Made by a program: the position numbers and the translations under genes. Positions 1 through 11,639 of a stretch of 25,021 nt of DNA are shown here, piece by piece; the stretch's first letter is position 1; each line of letters starts with the position of its first letter. Source of the stretch: Trichinella spiralis (Eukaryota); NCBI RefSeq assembly GCF_000181795.1, contig NW_003526941.1:1329859-1354879 (forward strand), written 5' to 3'. The notes below the pieces were generated by a model. It had not been told where the DNA came from. It saw only the letters and a program-made list of their open reading frames with translations, and did not search any database.

Positions 1-3000
1 TACTGGATATTTGTCCGTGAAGCGGACGTGATTGATTCAGCAACTAAGGGTCTGGAAGCGTTGCTAAAATTGCACGACGTCGGAGTAAGTTTTCGACGTT
101 CAATTGTATTTATGCATTTCTAGTGTATTTTTAAGTAAAATTTTATTTGTTTTTATTCAGAATTCGGTTGACGCTACTGATGATTTGCTGAAACAGTCAA
201 AAGAGCTAGACACCAAGTTGCAAGCTCAGAATCACCGACTGGAAGAATTCCTTACTAATTCAGAGTTGTATTTGGAAAAACGTCCGTTGAACGAGAATTT
301 GTAAGAAATAAATTTCTGCTTTATTATTTTTGTGGTCCTTTTTTTTGAAATAGCAAATTTGGTATTTTTCACAGAATTAGAGAACGTGTGTCAGAAGTGG
401 TAGGCTATCGAGATAAGATTAAACAGTTGGCAGCGCATCGTCATGCTGAACTGGAGCTGTCGCTGGTGTTTCATTTGTTCAGGCGAGAGGTCGAAGAGGT
501 ATATATATATATATATATGATGAATGTGCGCGTTTAATTTCAACAATAGACTGAAACTTTCCTCTTTTTAAATTCAGTTAATGCAATGGATTGGCGAAAA
601 AATGCGCATTGTTTCCAGCGATTCTTATCATTCTGGTTTGAACTTGCAAAAGCGTATTAAAAAGCACGAAGCTTTTGAAGCTGAACTGCACGCCAACCAG
701 GATCGTTTGACCAGAATTAACAAAGTATACATTTTTATCATTTCTTGTATTTGTGGTATTGGGATTGTTTGTGGTAACTTTCTTTTTTTTGTTACAGAAA
801 GGTATGCAACTGGTCGAAAGAACCATCAACGGCAGTGAAGTGAACAAACTTTTGGAAAATTTGAATGAAGAATGGGAAAAGTTGCTTAAACTGACTGCAG
901 AACGCGGTCAAAAGTTGAAACATGCTGGCGACCAGAGAGTGGTGAATCGCATGCTTGATGATCTAACTTGCAAGTTGGCAGACTTTCAACAGAAACTTGA
1001 ATCTGAGGACGTTGGTTCAGATTTGCGCAGCATTAAACAACTGATTCAAAATCATACAGTATTTGCGTTTTTCAGTTTTTTTATTTTTTAAAAATGATTT
1101 AAATTCTTTACAAAATGTAGGTTCTTGTGCAAGATGTTAAAAGTTGTGCATGTCAAGTCGATGGTTTTGTTTCGCATGTGGAAGAATTTGTACGCAGTGG
1201 TCATGATGGCGCTGAACGAATATTGAACAATGTTTTAGATTTGAAAGAAAAGTATATTTGATTTTTATTTAATCTTGTTTTTTACGTTATATTCACGTTT
1301 CTGTTACTCAGTGAATGCGAAGATGATTTTTTTTTTGAAAATAAAATATTGCTGAAGTTTAGGTTAATGATACTGTTATGATTATTAGTATGTTGTTTTT
1401 GTTTTGTAAGGTATCGTATGTTGGAAGCGCCAATGAAACATCGGCGTGACGTGCTTGAATCTTCCCTGTTGATGCATCAGTTCAACTTTGATGTCGAATG
1501 TGAGCAGCAGTGGATTCGTGAAAAGCAGTCTGCCGCATCTCAAAAAGACGTCGGTCGTTCGTTGACTGATGCTTTGAACTTGGTCAAAAAGCACGAAGTA
1601 GTAACATATTGCTATTTTGCTATTTTTTTATACTGATGAATTCTAATGCATGTTTTTTTCTTGTGAAATGAAGCAACTGGAATCAGAAGTCTCTGGTCAT
1701 CAACCAATAATTAACAGAGTCCTCGAATTTGGCAAAAACTTGATTCAAAAGATGCATTTTGCAGCAGGGGAGATTTCACAAAGATGTGATCTGCTGAGCG
1801 AAGAATGGAAATCACTGAAGAAAGACATTTCAGAGCGACACGAGAAGCTTGAATTGGCTCTCCTTGTGCATGAATTTTATGCCAACGCGTCCGATTTTGA
1901 AAGTTGGATGAATGAGAAGCGGTGTTTCTTGAATTCGGACGATATTGGAACTGACGAGAACAGTGCTGGTGTATTGTTGATGCGACACAAAGCGATTCAG
2001 GTATGCCAGAGGGAGAGAGAGAGATAATAAGTTTAAAAAAGAATAATGTTTTAACTATTTGTTTTTTTTTTAATTTTTAGGATGAATTGAAATTGTACCG
2101 TTCGCTCTTTGACACTGTGAAGACTCAGTGTGAACGGCTGAAGGACAAGGGTTATACTGATATGAAAGGAGAGCAGGAACGTCTGGAAGATCAGTACAGA
2201 CAATTGGAACAGTTGGCCGAGCGAAGAATTTTCATTCTTACTGAAGCCATCTCCATGTATCAGTACTTGCGAGACAGTGAAGAATTGGAACGTTGGATCA
2301 ACGAACAGATGACCATTGCAACTAGTGAAGAAGTGGGAAAAGATCACGAGCATTTGGTGGTAAGCAAGATTTTTGTTTGTTTGTTGTGTTTGTTGCGCGC
2401 AAATAGGAGAGATTATCCTTTTTCAGGATGTGTTGTCCAAGTTCGACGATTTCAGACAACGCGTCAAACACGCATCGGAGCGATTTATCATGTGCGATAA
2501 CGCAGCTCGTTCTATTCTTGAACGTCAACCGCCGTTTTCTGGAACAATAATTACTCGCCAGGACCGTCTGCGTGCCGCCTGGTCCTCACTGCTAGACAGT
2601 GTTGAGCTCAGGGAAAAGAAATTGGAAGCTGCCGCTGAAATTCATCGTTTCAACAGAGATGTGGCTGAAGCGTTGTCGCGTATTTTTGTAAGTGACCAAT
2701 GAGAAAAGAAAAAGCTGTTGTTTATTTTCTTTTCTTTTGTTCAAAATTTTGTTCGTTGTTTCTCTTAAGGAGAAGCTGGAATCTATTCCAACCGATTTGG
2801 GCAAAGATGTCGGTACGGTGCAGAGTTTGATGCGCAAACACGATGCATTTGAAAATGAGCTCATCGCTTTGGAATCTCAAATTCAAGTGGTGCTTGACGA
2901 CAGTGGTCGAATTCAGTCTGACTGTTCACCGTCACAAGCTGAGCATGTTATTTCTCAGCAGAAGTTGCTAGTCGAAAATTGGAATCGACTCCAGGCGCTG

Positions 3001-6000
3001 TCTGACTGTCGACGTGACAGCTTAGCGGCTTCTTATGATTTTCAAAATTTTGCTGCCATGGCTCGTGATTTTATTCAGTGGACTCAGCAGACGATAGCCC
3101 AGATGCGCAGTAATCGGTCGGTTCGAGATTTGCAGAGCGCTGAGCTGCTGCTCGCTGAACACAGGCAGTTGCATATGGAGATCGAAACTCGTGACGATGA
3201 TTTCAATCGTCTAGAGATTGTCGCGCAGAAAATGCTTTCTGCAAAACACTACGCGTCCAGTGAGGTAATCAGTGATGGTGGCATTTATTTTTATTCATTT
3301 ATACTGTATTCTGCTGATTTGTTTGTTAAAGATTGCCGAAAAGCGTGATCAAGTTCAGCAGGCCCGAGAGAACGCGTGCAATGAATGGGCCTCGAAGCAA
3401 CGATGGATCAACGAATTGATCCAGTTGCACACATTTTTACGTGAAGCGAAGCAAGTGATGACTTTGCTTGGAAGCTATGATGTGTCGTTGAATTCTGAAA
3501 TTCCGGCTACGGTTGAAGGCGTGACCGCTTTGACTCGCAAGCACGACACATTCGAGAAAAAACTTAATGCTCTCGAAGATCGTGTGATCAATTTGAAAAC
3601 CGATGTTGCCCAACTTGTTGAACGAAAGAACGTCGAAGCGCAAAACATGCAATACGTATACAGCACGTTGGAAAAACGATGGCGTCATCTTTTGCAAATG
3701 AGTGACCAACGCCGAGCTGCTTTGAAAGATGCAATGATGTTCGCCAATTTTAAAAGTGACATTGCCGAGGTGCGTAGTATGATTTGTTGCCAATTTGTTC
3801 GCTTCAAAATTACGCTTTTTTTTGTTCTTGTTGTTCTGCAGGTCGAATCTTGGATTAATGATCGTTTGCAAACCCTGAATGCGAATGAATCTAGCGTGAA
3901 GAATGTCAGTCTTCAAGAGAAGGTGAAATTGTTGCAAAAGCACCAGACGGTCGAAGCAGAACTGGCCTTTCATCAGCCGCGTATTGAGCAGATTTATCAC
4001 ACGGCAAATATTTTGCTCAAACAAGGCCACGCCAACCGCGACGAAGTTAAAAGTTGCAAAGAATCAATTCAACGCAAATGGGGTGCTTTGGAAAGTGCCT
4101 GTCAAGAGCAAAGTCTTGCACTCGAAGAAGCTCGTGACATTCTCAATTTTGAACAGCTCATTGACAACGTTACTGCTTGGATACGAGCAACAGAGCTGAT
4201 GGTTCAAGCGCAAGATATGGGAAATGATTACGAACATTGCGAATCCTTGTTGAAAAAAATGGTCGACGCAGAATCGGAAGCTAATGTTGATGAAGATACA
4301 TTGAAGCGAATCAAATCTATTGGAGAAAAGTTGGTTGTATTGGGTCGTTCGGATGCTGAAGAAGTTCGGGGTAAAGTTGAAAATCTGCAGTTGATGTGGA
4401 CATCCGTTCAGCAGTCGCTTGCTAGTTATCGTGAGCAGCTTGAAGCTGCCAAAGTGGTGCATGCATTCAATCGTGATGTCGATGATACGGTTCAGAGAAT
4501 TTCTGAAAAATATGCCACCGTCACCGCGGATGAGCATATGCGAGATTTGCTAGCGGTCGAAGTGATGCTGCGTAATCAGCACGCGCTTGAACGAAGTTCT
4601 GGTGCACTGTATGAGAAAATCCAATGTCACCGTGCTGTTGCCCAGTCGCTTTTGCCCCAAAATCCCCCATTGAAGGTTGTTTGATAGAAATAAGTTTTTT
4701 TTTCTCTAAACCATTTTCGAATGTTTAAGTGTTTCATTTGTGACTTGGAAATTTTTCATTTGCAGGATACGATTGAAGAAAGTTGTAAAAAATTGGAAAC
4801 TTCGTGGACTCGACTTGAACAAGCTTCAAAAGCGAGACGTTTTCGTCTAGAACAGTGCCAAGATTTGTTCAAATTTTTCGATCGACAACGTGAAATTGAA
4901 CAATGGTCTGCGACGATGCGTTCCAAGTTGGTGTTGCACCAGGTACCTCACAGTGTCAGTGAGGCGCAGCAGTTGCTCGAGAATTACAAAGAGAAACGAG
5001 CGGAAATTGTTGGTCGACGGGAACATATTGAACAATTGAAACATCACGGCGCTCAGCTTTGTCAGAAACAACAGGATCATGCGTCTGAAGTGTCCGAAGC
5101 GATGCAGAATCTCGACAAAATTTATTCCACATTGCTAGAGGTAGATGATCGAAACGAGACAGATGTTTTGTGCATTTTAATAATAATATAATTATTATTA
5201 CTGTAATTTTCTTTTTCTTTTTGTAATTTATTTTAGCAATGGGAAAATGAAAATGTCCGACTTTGGCGTTGGTATGATTTTCAGAATTTCTCAGAGCACG
5301 CAAATATGGTAGACGAATGGCTGTCGTCGAAAGAGGTATTTTTGAAGCGAAACAATTTTGGCGATTCTCTGGACGAAGCTTCTGAATTATTGAAAGAATT
5401 GGACCGTTTTGAGACTACTTTGCGTGCGCAGAGTGAAAAAATTGACAAAGTTTGTTAACTATTTACTGACAGTTATTAGTTGTTGATGATTAATTTTACA
5501 AGACAAGTTATTTGCTGTGTTCTTGTTTTTTTCAATTATTAGCTGGTGAAAAATGCCGAAGAAAATAGCGCCAAAGATGCGGAGCATGCGGAGGTTATCC
5601 GTGGTCGTTCTACCAGTGCAGTGCAACGGTACGACAGTATATTGGAACAGTGTTCAAAGCGCCGTGAGGCTTTGAAAGATTATCGACGATTCAAATTGTT
5701 CGTGAAAGATAGTCACGAAGTGATGTTCTGGTTGAATGCGAAGCTTCAAATTGCTTACGACGAGACGTACGTCGATTCCACGCATTTGCAAAGCAAAATA
5801 CGCAAACACGACGCATTTGAAGCCGAGATGAAGGCGAATGAATCACGTGTAGTTGCCATAGTGAGCGAAGCTGACTCACTGCTGGCTGGCAATCCCTATT
5901 CGAGGGAGACAATTCTTTTGCAAAAGGACGAAATAATGAACGGCTGGAAAGAGTTGACTGAGGTATATTTTTGTTGTTGGTCAATTTGATTTGTTCATTT

Positions 6001-6930
6001 TTGTGTGTTTTCTGCATCGATTGTATCTGTTTTCAGGTTTCGAAGAGAAAATCAGAACGGCTAAGGGATGCTTTGAAGAGCTATGAGTTCAGTCGCCTGT
6101 TGGCTGATTTGGACAAGTGGATCGACGGCATCGAGACCCAGTTGTCCAGTGACGATCACGGTAGTGATTTGAATTCTGTGGAGAATTTGTTGAAACATCT
6201 CGAACAATTGGAAAAAGACATCAAAGCGAGGAAGGGCGATTTCGAGGCGGTCAAAGTTCGTTCGGCCGAGTTGATCGCTAAAGACGACGTTGCCAATTTT
6301 GAAGATTTGCTGTCGAAATCGCGTGCTGTGGTTGAACGCTACGTGTACTTGGCGGAGCCGTGTGAGATCAGGAAAGAGAATTTGCAAGATTCCCACGCGC
6401 TTTACCAATGGATGCACGACGTGGACGAGCAGAGCGATTGGATTCGCGAGCATCGTCCGGCTGTGTTTTCTGAATATACGGGCGAGTCGTTGCAGGCGGC
6501 GCAGAGTTTGTTGAAGAAGCACCAGCAAGTGGAGCAGAATTTCAACACGGTCGTTGCTTCGCAGCAGAGTTTGTTGGCCGCTGGGCGTCTGATGGTCCAA
6601 CGGCGCCACTTCGCGTCCGAGAAGATAGTCGCCAAAGTCGACTTTGTCGAAAAAGAACTTCACCAGTTCCGTGAACAGTTGGTCGTTCGTCGGCAAAAAT
6701 TGCACCACGCCATCCAAGTGCAGCAGTACTACTGCGACGCTTTTGAAGTTGAGCAGTGGATGGCCGAAAAGCAGGCTCTGCTGGCCGGCGACGACCAGCA
6801 GTGCCAGGATGAAGAGGCAGTGTTGGCCGCTTTGAAAAAGCTCGACCTGTACGAGCAGGACATGCAAAATTTCCACACTGAACTCCGTTCACTTGGAGAA
6901 TTTCTCCAGCGGATATTGAAGGACAACCAT

Positions 6931-6961
<31 letters not shown>

Positions 6962-9900
6962 ACGACCAGTCGACCGCGATGTCGGCCAAGCAAGCCCAAC
7001 TTGAACGTGAATACGAAACGCTGGTTGGTCTTTGCCAACAACGTCGACGTCGACTGACCGACTCTGGCCACTTTTACCAGTTTGTCAGGCAAGTGGATAC
7101 GCTGGTACCGCTGCTGAGGCAGAAAGAAGCGGTCGCTTTGTCCGAAGATTATGGTCGAGATTTGGACGAGTGCAAAGCGCTGATTGGTCAGTTTGACCAA
7201 TTCCTGCGCGAGCTGTCTTCACTCGGCGAGAGGGTGGCGAGCGTGCAGCGGACTCACGACGACCTGCTTCGAGCCAGTCACCCATTCTCGGCCAGCGTGA
7301 GGGCAGCCGGTGCGGATTTGCAAAAGCTCTGGCACGACGTGAACGAAGCGGCCACGGAGCGTCACCAAGCTTTGCTCGGCGCCAAACAAGTGCACGAATT
7401 CGATCAAGAAGCCGACGAGACGTTGAATTGGTTGCACGAAAAAGAAGCGCAGCTTGTTTCTGAATCGACGCATGATTTCGGTCAACTGGACATGAAAACG
7501 ATCAAAGCACAACTGCAGCGCAACGAATTTTTCCTCGTACGCGGAATTTCTTGTTCAAATTCACCGCAGCTTGTGGTTCGGTGTTGAATTTTGTAAATTT
7601 CTGATTTTGTTTTAGCGCGAATTGTCGGCCGTGCAACGAAAAGTGGAAACTTTGTGCAAAGAAGCTGAACGTTTGGTGTCCAATTATCCGGATACGGCCG
7701 AACATTTGGATGTGCGCAAGCAAGAAATGATGGAAGTGTTCAACGAACTGAATCAGGAAGGCAAGAATCAGCGGACGAAATTGGAACACGCCGAACAGTT
7801 GCAGGCGTATTTTGAGCAATTTCACGATTTGATGTGAGTAGTTTTTTGATGGTTTTTTGTGTTGCATTCATATTGATAACCCGTAGAAAAGATTCGTTTT
7901 GGATTTTCTCTGTGTTTTCTTTTAGAAATTGGATAAACGGTATGCAAACCATGATCACAGCGGATAGCTTGGTCAAAGATGTGCCTGGTGCTGAGGCGTT
8001 GTTACTTCGACACAAGGAACGCTTCGCTGAGATCGAAGCACGCGCACCGGCAGTGGTCGAATTTATTCAGCTCGGCAAAGAGATGATGCGCAGCAAGCAC
8101 GTTCTGTCTCTCGAAATTTGCGACAAAGTCGACCAGTTGGACACGGCTTTTAACAATCTGCGTCTCATTTTCGAAGAACGAAGCAGTCTGTACGCGATGA
8201 ATCTTGACGCACAGGTAAGAAAAAAACACACACGTCGATGACAGCTAAATTTATTTATTTGTATTCTATATTGTTTTCTTTCTTGTAAAAATGAATACAA
8301 ATTCAGATATGGAAAAGTGACGCTAGCTCGTTGGAAGCTTGGCTGAACGATCGACAGTTGTATTTGAAAGAAGACTGGGATGGGATCAAATCAGCCAGGG
8401 AAGTTGAAGAGTCGATTCGTCAGTATGATGATTTCTTGACAACACTGTCTGCACAAGAGGAGAAATTTGATGCATTGAAAAAGCTCACTTTGCTCGAGCA
8501 AGCGATGGAATGCCAGTCGGTGCGCGAAGCGCAAGTGCAACGTCAGGTGGAGTTGAGTCGTGAAAAGCAGCGAAAACAGAAAGTGAAAACTTTGGAAAAG
8601 CACAGAATTTTACAAGTGAGAAAACAATTTTAATATTGCAAACAACGTATCTTTGGATTTTGCTTTTCTATTGACAATTAGGAGCGCCGTCAAGAGAGGG
8701 AGAGACGTCGAACGCAAGAAATTTCATACACGAAAAGTCTTTCATCGGAAACTGCGTCTATCCAGCGACGTAGTTCGATCTCTTTTGTACCATCGACACT
8801 TGTTTATGATAATGGCAATTTGGAACAGACTGCAACATCGTTGGGCACACTTTCAAGCTCAACTCAAGCATTCAGCAGTGTCACCGGCACAGACAGTAAT
8901 ACCAGGTAAAATTGGAACTTTGAAAGCGAGAATATATTTTCTATTGATCTATCTATCTCTTTGATCAGGTCAATTAATTTCCTACTTGTTTAACAATGAA
9001 CCTATTCGATTTCATTGCTTACTTCCTTGTTAATTAATTTCATTTTGTTTGTTCAGAAATGTTACTACCGTGTCGAAAAGTGAATTATCCGACGGGACAT
9101 CAACATTCAAATGTTTGTCAACCGATGACAGTACCAATCCGAGTAGACAGAGTATCAACAGCGAAAGTGTCGTTGAGAGTGTAAAAAAGATTCCAAGTTT
9201 TACTACGCGGCGTGGCATGCGTAGAGTATGCTTGATTTGAATTTGTCTATTTTTTATGTTGCAAGAAATTATTTATTTATTTGCAAAATGTTATTTTCAG
9301 ACTGCTCCGTCGAATGATATGATCGAAAAGAAAGGCTTTTTGGAACGAAAGCAGGATTTGCAAAGTGGAGGCAAGAAGGCCACTATTCGGTCGTGGAAAA
9401 ATTACTACACCATCCTTTGTGGTCAGTTGATGTGCTTTTTCAAAGATCAGCAAGGATTCTGCTCTGGCGCAGCTGCTTCGGCTCCAATAAATATCTTGCA
9501 CGCAGTCTGTCAACCAGCCAGTGAATACCAGAAACGGAAGAATGCCTTCAAATTGCGTACCGTTGACGGAGCCGAGTTTCTATTTTCTGCGAACTCATTT
9601 TCCGAAATGCAGGTTAGTGTCGTCAATGGGATTTTGTGAAAATGAACTGTTTTACTAAGTTTATTACATTACATTACATTACGTTGTTGTTGTTATTCAG
9701 GATTGGATCGCGAAAATATCTTTCCACGCAAGCTTGCCACCGTCGATGCAATTGAAATCATTTCGCGAACATTTTGACCAATTGTCTCAGTCAGTGTCGA
9801 AATCATCAAATTCAAGCGCAACTGATGTTTATTTTACATGCTTAACTCATCCATCAATCCCAGCGTCGACTGCTGAGACATTGCCAACAACGGCCCCTAA

Positions 9901-10949
9901 CGACGACAGCAGCTATTCGTCTACATGGCAAATGACTGATGATTGTACTTTTTTTCTTCTTTTAATATTCCATGCGGATTTTATTAACTCTACATCTTTT
10001 AGCCAGCAAATATTTTACCGCTCTATCTGAACCTACAGTTCCTCCATCAGTTGACGAAAATTTAAATACAGCTTCATTAGGTAATTTTGCATAGGAGGAA
10101 CATTCATTTTTATTTTGTGTATATATGTATATATTAGTATGTTGTATGCAAGTATGTTTTTATTTGTGCGTCCGTCTGTGTGTGTGTGTTTGTTAGTCTG
10201 TTTGGGAGTGATTATTATATTAGTACGTTGTCCTTTCAGATGTAATACATGAGGAGATAGATGAAAGCGCGCTGAGCTTTGTGAAGACGCGCAATGCTAG
10301 TAGTGCAGGTATGTGTTTTTGTACTGGCTGCGCCGCGTTGCTCTACTAACTGCTAGCTAACTTCGAATGCTGCTCATCTATTTAACAGTCTACTTGTGTA
10401 GCAAAATCACTTTTTCAAACATATGCATGGAAATTCTTTTTTATTTTTTTAAATGATTTTTTCAACATTAGTGAAAGTTTTTGCTAATTTCATTGCATGT
10501 TTGAAATCCGCACCGGTTGATTTGTTTGGCATATTGATTGCAGAATGTGTGCGTTGGTTTTGTTATTAATTTTTTAATTTATATTTAGACCAAGCTACAG
10601 CCGAGGTGTCTGAAAATGGTTACAGTTTGCAGGTATGAATGTGCACATATTTGGTTAATAATTTATTTGTGTTTATTTTTTGCAATTGTTGATGGATGTA
10701 ACTTTTTTTTTGTTTAAGACAGCGCTCCAGTACAGTGAAAACAGTTCAGAATTAGATACAGGAACGTCGGAAAATTGTACTGAATCTTATATCCATTCAG
10801 AAGATGTTGCTCAGCGGCAGCAAAGTTATCAAGATACCGCCTCATCAACTGTGACAGTTGAATTAGAAGAGAAACGTAGAAAGCTTTTACCTCGTATTAG
10901 CAGTTTGTTCAAATCGAAGAAACGTGATACGAAAGACATGCAGTTCTGA
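1..10949 (+). CDS. sma-1: Beta-heavy spectrin (betaH / SMA-1 / Karst / SPTBN5 class), 5'-truncated by the window edge; 28 exons, ~2800 aa in window
   Basis: Manual GT-AG splicing gives one continuous frame. Exons: 1-84, 161-300, 375-498, 578-724, 798-1058, 1121-1251, 1411-1597, 1674-2000, 2081-2359, 2427-2687, 2770-3264, 3332-3769, 3842-4675, 4766-5140, 5237-5449, 5543-5962, 6037-7536, 7616-7833, 7926-8214, 8307-8615, 8682-8905, 9057-9225, 9301-9612, 9701-9944, 10003-10080, 10240-10308, 10589-10632, 10719-10949 (8403 nt including TGA). Spectrin-repeat motifs recur (QWIGEK..KKHEAFEAEL, FNFDVECEQQWIREK, FNRDVAEALSRI..EK..DLGKD, FDQEADETLNWLHEK). About 7 kb of repeat-coding sequence equals roughly 22 repeats, more than the 17 of conventional beta-spectrin, and a C-terminal PH domain follows. 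Confidence 0.93.
500..518. repeat. Intronic (TA)n microsatellite
   Basis: tatatatatatatatatat starting within the donor GT at 499. Confidence 0.9.
6931..6957 (+). repeat. (CAG)9 coding microsatellite, polyQ in a spectrin repeat
   Basis: cat-(cag)x9-gag in exon 6037-7536, translating DNHQQQQQQQQQEND. Confidence 0.97.
9325..9730 (+). other. PH domain of beta-heavy spectrin (split by intron 9613-9700)
   Basis: EKKGFLERKQDLQSGGKKATIRSWKNYYTILCGQLMCFFKD...EYQKRKNAFKLRTVDGAEFLFSANSFSEMQ|DWIAKISFHA matches the beta-spectrin-family PH consensus. Confidence 0.92.
10177..10551 (+). promoter_or_regulatory. Candidate intronic splicing-regulatory cluster around exon 10240-10308
   Basis: (TG)6 at 10177-10188 lies upstream of the exon. 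Downstream are TACTAAC 10344-10350, GCTAAC 10356-10361, TGCATG 10424-10429 and 10494-10499, and GTGTG 10547-10551. Both flanking introns (159 and 280 nt) are long for this gene. Confidence 0.6.
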
Positions 10950-11330
10950 TCGTACAACAACTAAACGTGATGAAAATAATTACTTATCATTTACTCATTT
11001 AAGCTTCATTTACTACTCTTGGTTTATTATTATTTTCTTTTGTAGAATCATGATAATTTCACTTATTCATTTTTGCTCTTCCCATGTTAATATTACATAA
11101 TTTTTTAAAATGTTTTGCCACTAGTTAATCCGGGTTATGTTTATTATTAATATCATTCATTCTGCTTCAACATCTTTTTCTAACCATTCATAACCTTTTT
11201 CATAATAATAATAATAATATTAATAATATTATTGTTATTATTTTATTATGAAATAATTGTTATTATTTGCTTCACAGTTATGCGATTGTTGATTTAATAA
11301 TTTATTAAAATTCAAATTAATTAATACTCA
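10950..11330 (+). other. Probable 3' UTR of the spectrin gene, with (AAT)n/(ATT)n low-complexity tract and candidate ATTAAA signal at 11304-11309
   Basis: Very AU-rich sequence after the TGA. The end point is inferred only from the ATTAAA hexamer. Confidence 0.5.
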
Positions 11331-11639
11331 TGATGTGTCTGCTTGCTGTTTCAACTGAAATGTAAATTATTTCAACTGAAACATCAGTTCTTTGTTTATC
11401 ATTAGCAATTGTCGTAAAAAAATTTTATACTGAAGAACAGAGCAGGTGATAGGTTTTTTATTATTAATTTTGTGCTTACCGTTATTCTGTTAGTACTTTA
11501 GATTGACATCGTGCATATGAAAAACTGTGAACTGAAGTAATGAACTGTTGTTATTTATTTAGCCACAGTTGACTTACTACAGTTCGAAAACTGAAACATC
11601 TCGGGAACAATTTTGAAGAAAATATAGAAACTGAACTGA

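Noticed and set aside
6061..6876. 271-aa antisense ORF (also 3437-4030, 4064-4537 and the other minus ORFs over the spectrin gene)
   Set aside because: Shadow ORFs opposite long coding exons, explained by sense-strand codon bias; no recognisable protein features.
1..10949. Alpha-spectrin or conventional beta-spectrin (unc-70 type) identity
   Set aside because: The protein ends in a PH domain rather than EF-hands and has more repeats than the 17 of conventional beta-spectrin.
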